NCBI GenBank assembly: GCA_965153455.1
Contig: OZ234493.1
Coordinates: 34,276,213-34,340,212, forward strand
Reading direction: 5' to 3'
DNA: 64,000 bases
Origin: Sphagnum compactum
Lineage: Eukaryota
Shown: positions 62,556-64,000 of the stretch, one piece after another
Layout of the letters: each line of letters begins with the position of its first letter
Numbering within the stretch: the stretch's first letter is position 1
Position numbers and translations under genes: made by a program
The notes under the pieces: generated by a model
Told to the model about the DNA's origin: nothing
Seen by the model: the letters and a program-made list of their open reading frames with translations, nothing else
The model's database searches: none

Positions 62556-63904
62556 GTGAGAGACATGAGTTTATGTACCCAAAACAGAAAAAACAGACAT
62601 GAGTTCACGTTGAAATCTGTGTGTTATTAGTTAATTTCCTGCGCCAAAATGATCCACAAATTCACAGCAATACGATACCATATAGAAGGCCACGATAGCA
62701 CAGTAGCCGCTGTATGCAGCAGATTACTGTTTACTGTGGCTTCTAAACTCTAAACCCGGCTAATTAATTAGTTCATTAATTCTCAAAGTAGTAGTCACAG
62801 AAACATCAATAATTTTAATACCCAATTTGGGTTTTAGCCACTTCTGTGTTAGTAGGACAATAAAGGTGTTCAAACACACTACTAGGTCCAAGTTCCATTG
62901 ATTTTTGTTTTTTTTTAAATAAATTTCTTTAGTTTTTTGGTAGTGAAGTTTTGCATAATTTTAGACCTCAAGAAATAAAAAGGAATATTTGGTCACAAAT
63001 TTTCCCTGCTAAAGAAAATTGTCAAATTTTTGAGATTCTTTTTTTTTTTTTTTTTTTTCTGAAAAAATGGCAGAAATATTTCATATGCATGAGTAAAAAG
63101 AACAGTGTTTTTCGTAACTTGTTTTATACAACTACACATGTCGCATGCAACTAATTTTTTTTTTGCATGCAACATTTTTTGAGTTGCATAAAACATAAAA
63201 ATGTTGCATAAGTCCACAGCACCTTGTTATGAATTGAATGTAATAATTGAATGTACTTGCAATATATGTCTCTTGACAATTAATGTCACATTTATGTGTC
63301 CAACTTGATCACTTCCATCTTATTTTGGAAATCAAATTCATATCTCTAATAATGATGAAGGTGATGTTATGTGTATAAACTATAAAAACATAAGAGTGAA
63401 TTTAATAAAATTTAAAAGAATAACTGAATGTGAACACTGAAAATAAAATTCATATTCAAACTTTTATTTTCCCTTTGGGTTTTTTTTTAATTTTGAAAGT
63501 TGAACTAAGAATATCATTTGCAAGGAATACCATGAGACATTAAAATATTGGCTTGCATTTTAAGATGGCCAAATTTAAATATATTAAAAGGCTAATCGGT
63601 ATGGTGGAAAAAAGGACATTAAACATTTAAGTTGTATTGTCATTTTAACTAGTAAGGAACACAAGGAATTTCGAACGATTACACATCAAATATCAACCCA
63701 CCTTCCTTGAGAAAAAAACGAACCTTTTCATTCTATGTACATTATTAAACAAGTTATCAAAACAATGTACCCTATGGTAGATACATGATTAATCAAACTA
63801 GAACCTAGAGAATTCACACATGTCAACCATATGTGAATATGAAACACACATTACAAGTACAATTTATATTAGGGGTATGCAAAGGCTTACATGACAATAA
63901 TAGT

Positions 63905-64000
63905 AAAGTCACTCTGTCTTCATCGTCTCTTTGGGCCTGCTTTCACCCCCTATCCCCTCTTTGAGTGGTATCTGCAAAGTAAAGAAATTTTAATATTAAA
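63905..64000 (+). repeat. Dispersed element, copy 3 (cut by the window end)
   Basis: TAAAGTCAC..GCTTTCACCCC..CTCT.T.AGTGGTATC.GCA..GTAA.GAAATTTTA matches 38443-38540. Confidence 0.7.

Noticed and set aside
62714-62746. Possible third exon of the 62-kb gene (ATGCAG|CAG ATT ACT GTT TAC TGT GGC TTC TAA)
   Set aside because: There is no pyrimidine tract upstream and the peptide is uninformative; the true exon may lie beyond the window.
1-64000. tRNA, rRNA or snRNA genes and intact LTR retroelements
   Set aside because: No cloverleaf, rRNA-like conserved block, LTR pair or RT/integrase ORF was recognised by eye. A covariance-model scan (tRNAscan-SE, Infernal/Rfam) would be needed to exclude small RNAs.

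Overview
Eukaryotic land-plant nuclear DNA, most likely a bryophyte (Sphagnum-like). This assignment is an inference from gene content, GT-AG introns, TTTAGGG telomere-type motifs and very AT-rich, CpG-decayed intergenic deserts. GC-richer gene islands hold five well-supported genes: an 8-exon cyclic-nucleotide-gated channel (+, 3008-6537), a 12-exon cytosolic HSP90 (+, 12164-16656), an intronless rhomboid protease (-, 17870-19033), a CRINKLY4-related receptor kinase (+, 40432-43234) and a 979-aa acidic protein with a large internal duplication (+, 47746-51830). Two possible signal-peptide genes lie at about 7.5-7.8 kb (-) and from 62303 (+, incomplete). The deserts contain decayed hAT and PIF/Harbinger transposases, MITEs, dispersed and tandem repeats, and a decayed HSP90 exon. 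Main observations: (1) the acidic protein keeps duplicated ATG8-interacting-like and FFAT-like motifs between a basic N-terminus and a di-Cys hydrophobic tail, suggesting an autophagy receptor or membrane tether; (2) the CNGC has a non-canonical pore motif (LTQTW); (3) the kinase joins a CCR3/CCR4-type kinase domain to an ACR4-type TNFR-like domain; (4) several genes have their own homotypic promoter motif array; (5) the rhomboid 5' leader holds a tandem array of splice-acceptor-like units; (6) a MITE is nested in itself with telomeric filler. No rRNA, tRNA or CRISPR array was recognised. All calls are from reading the sequence by eye; no searches were run.
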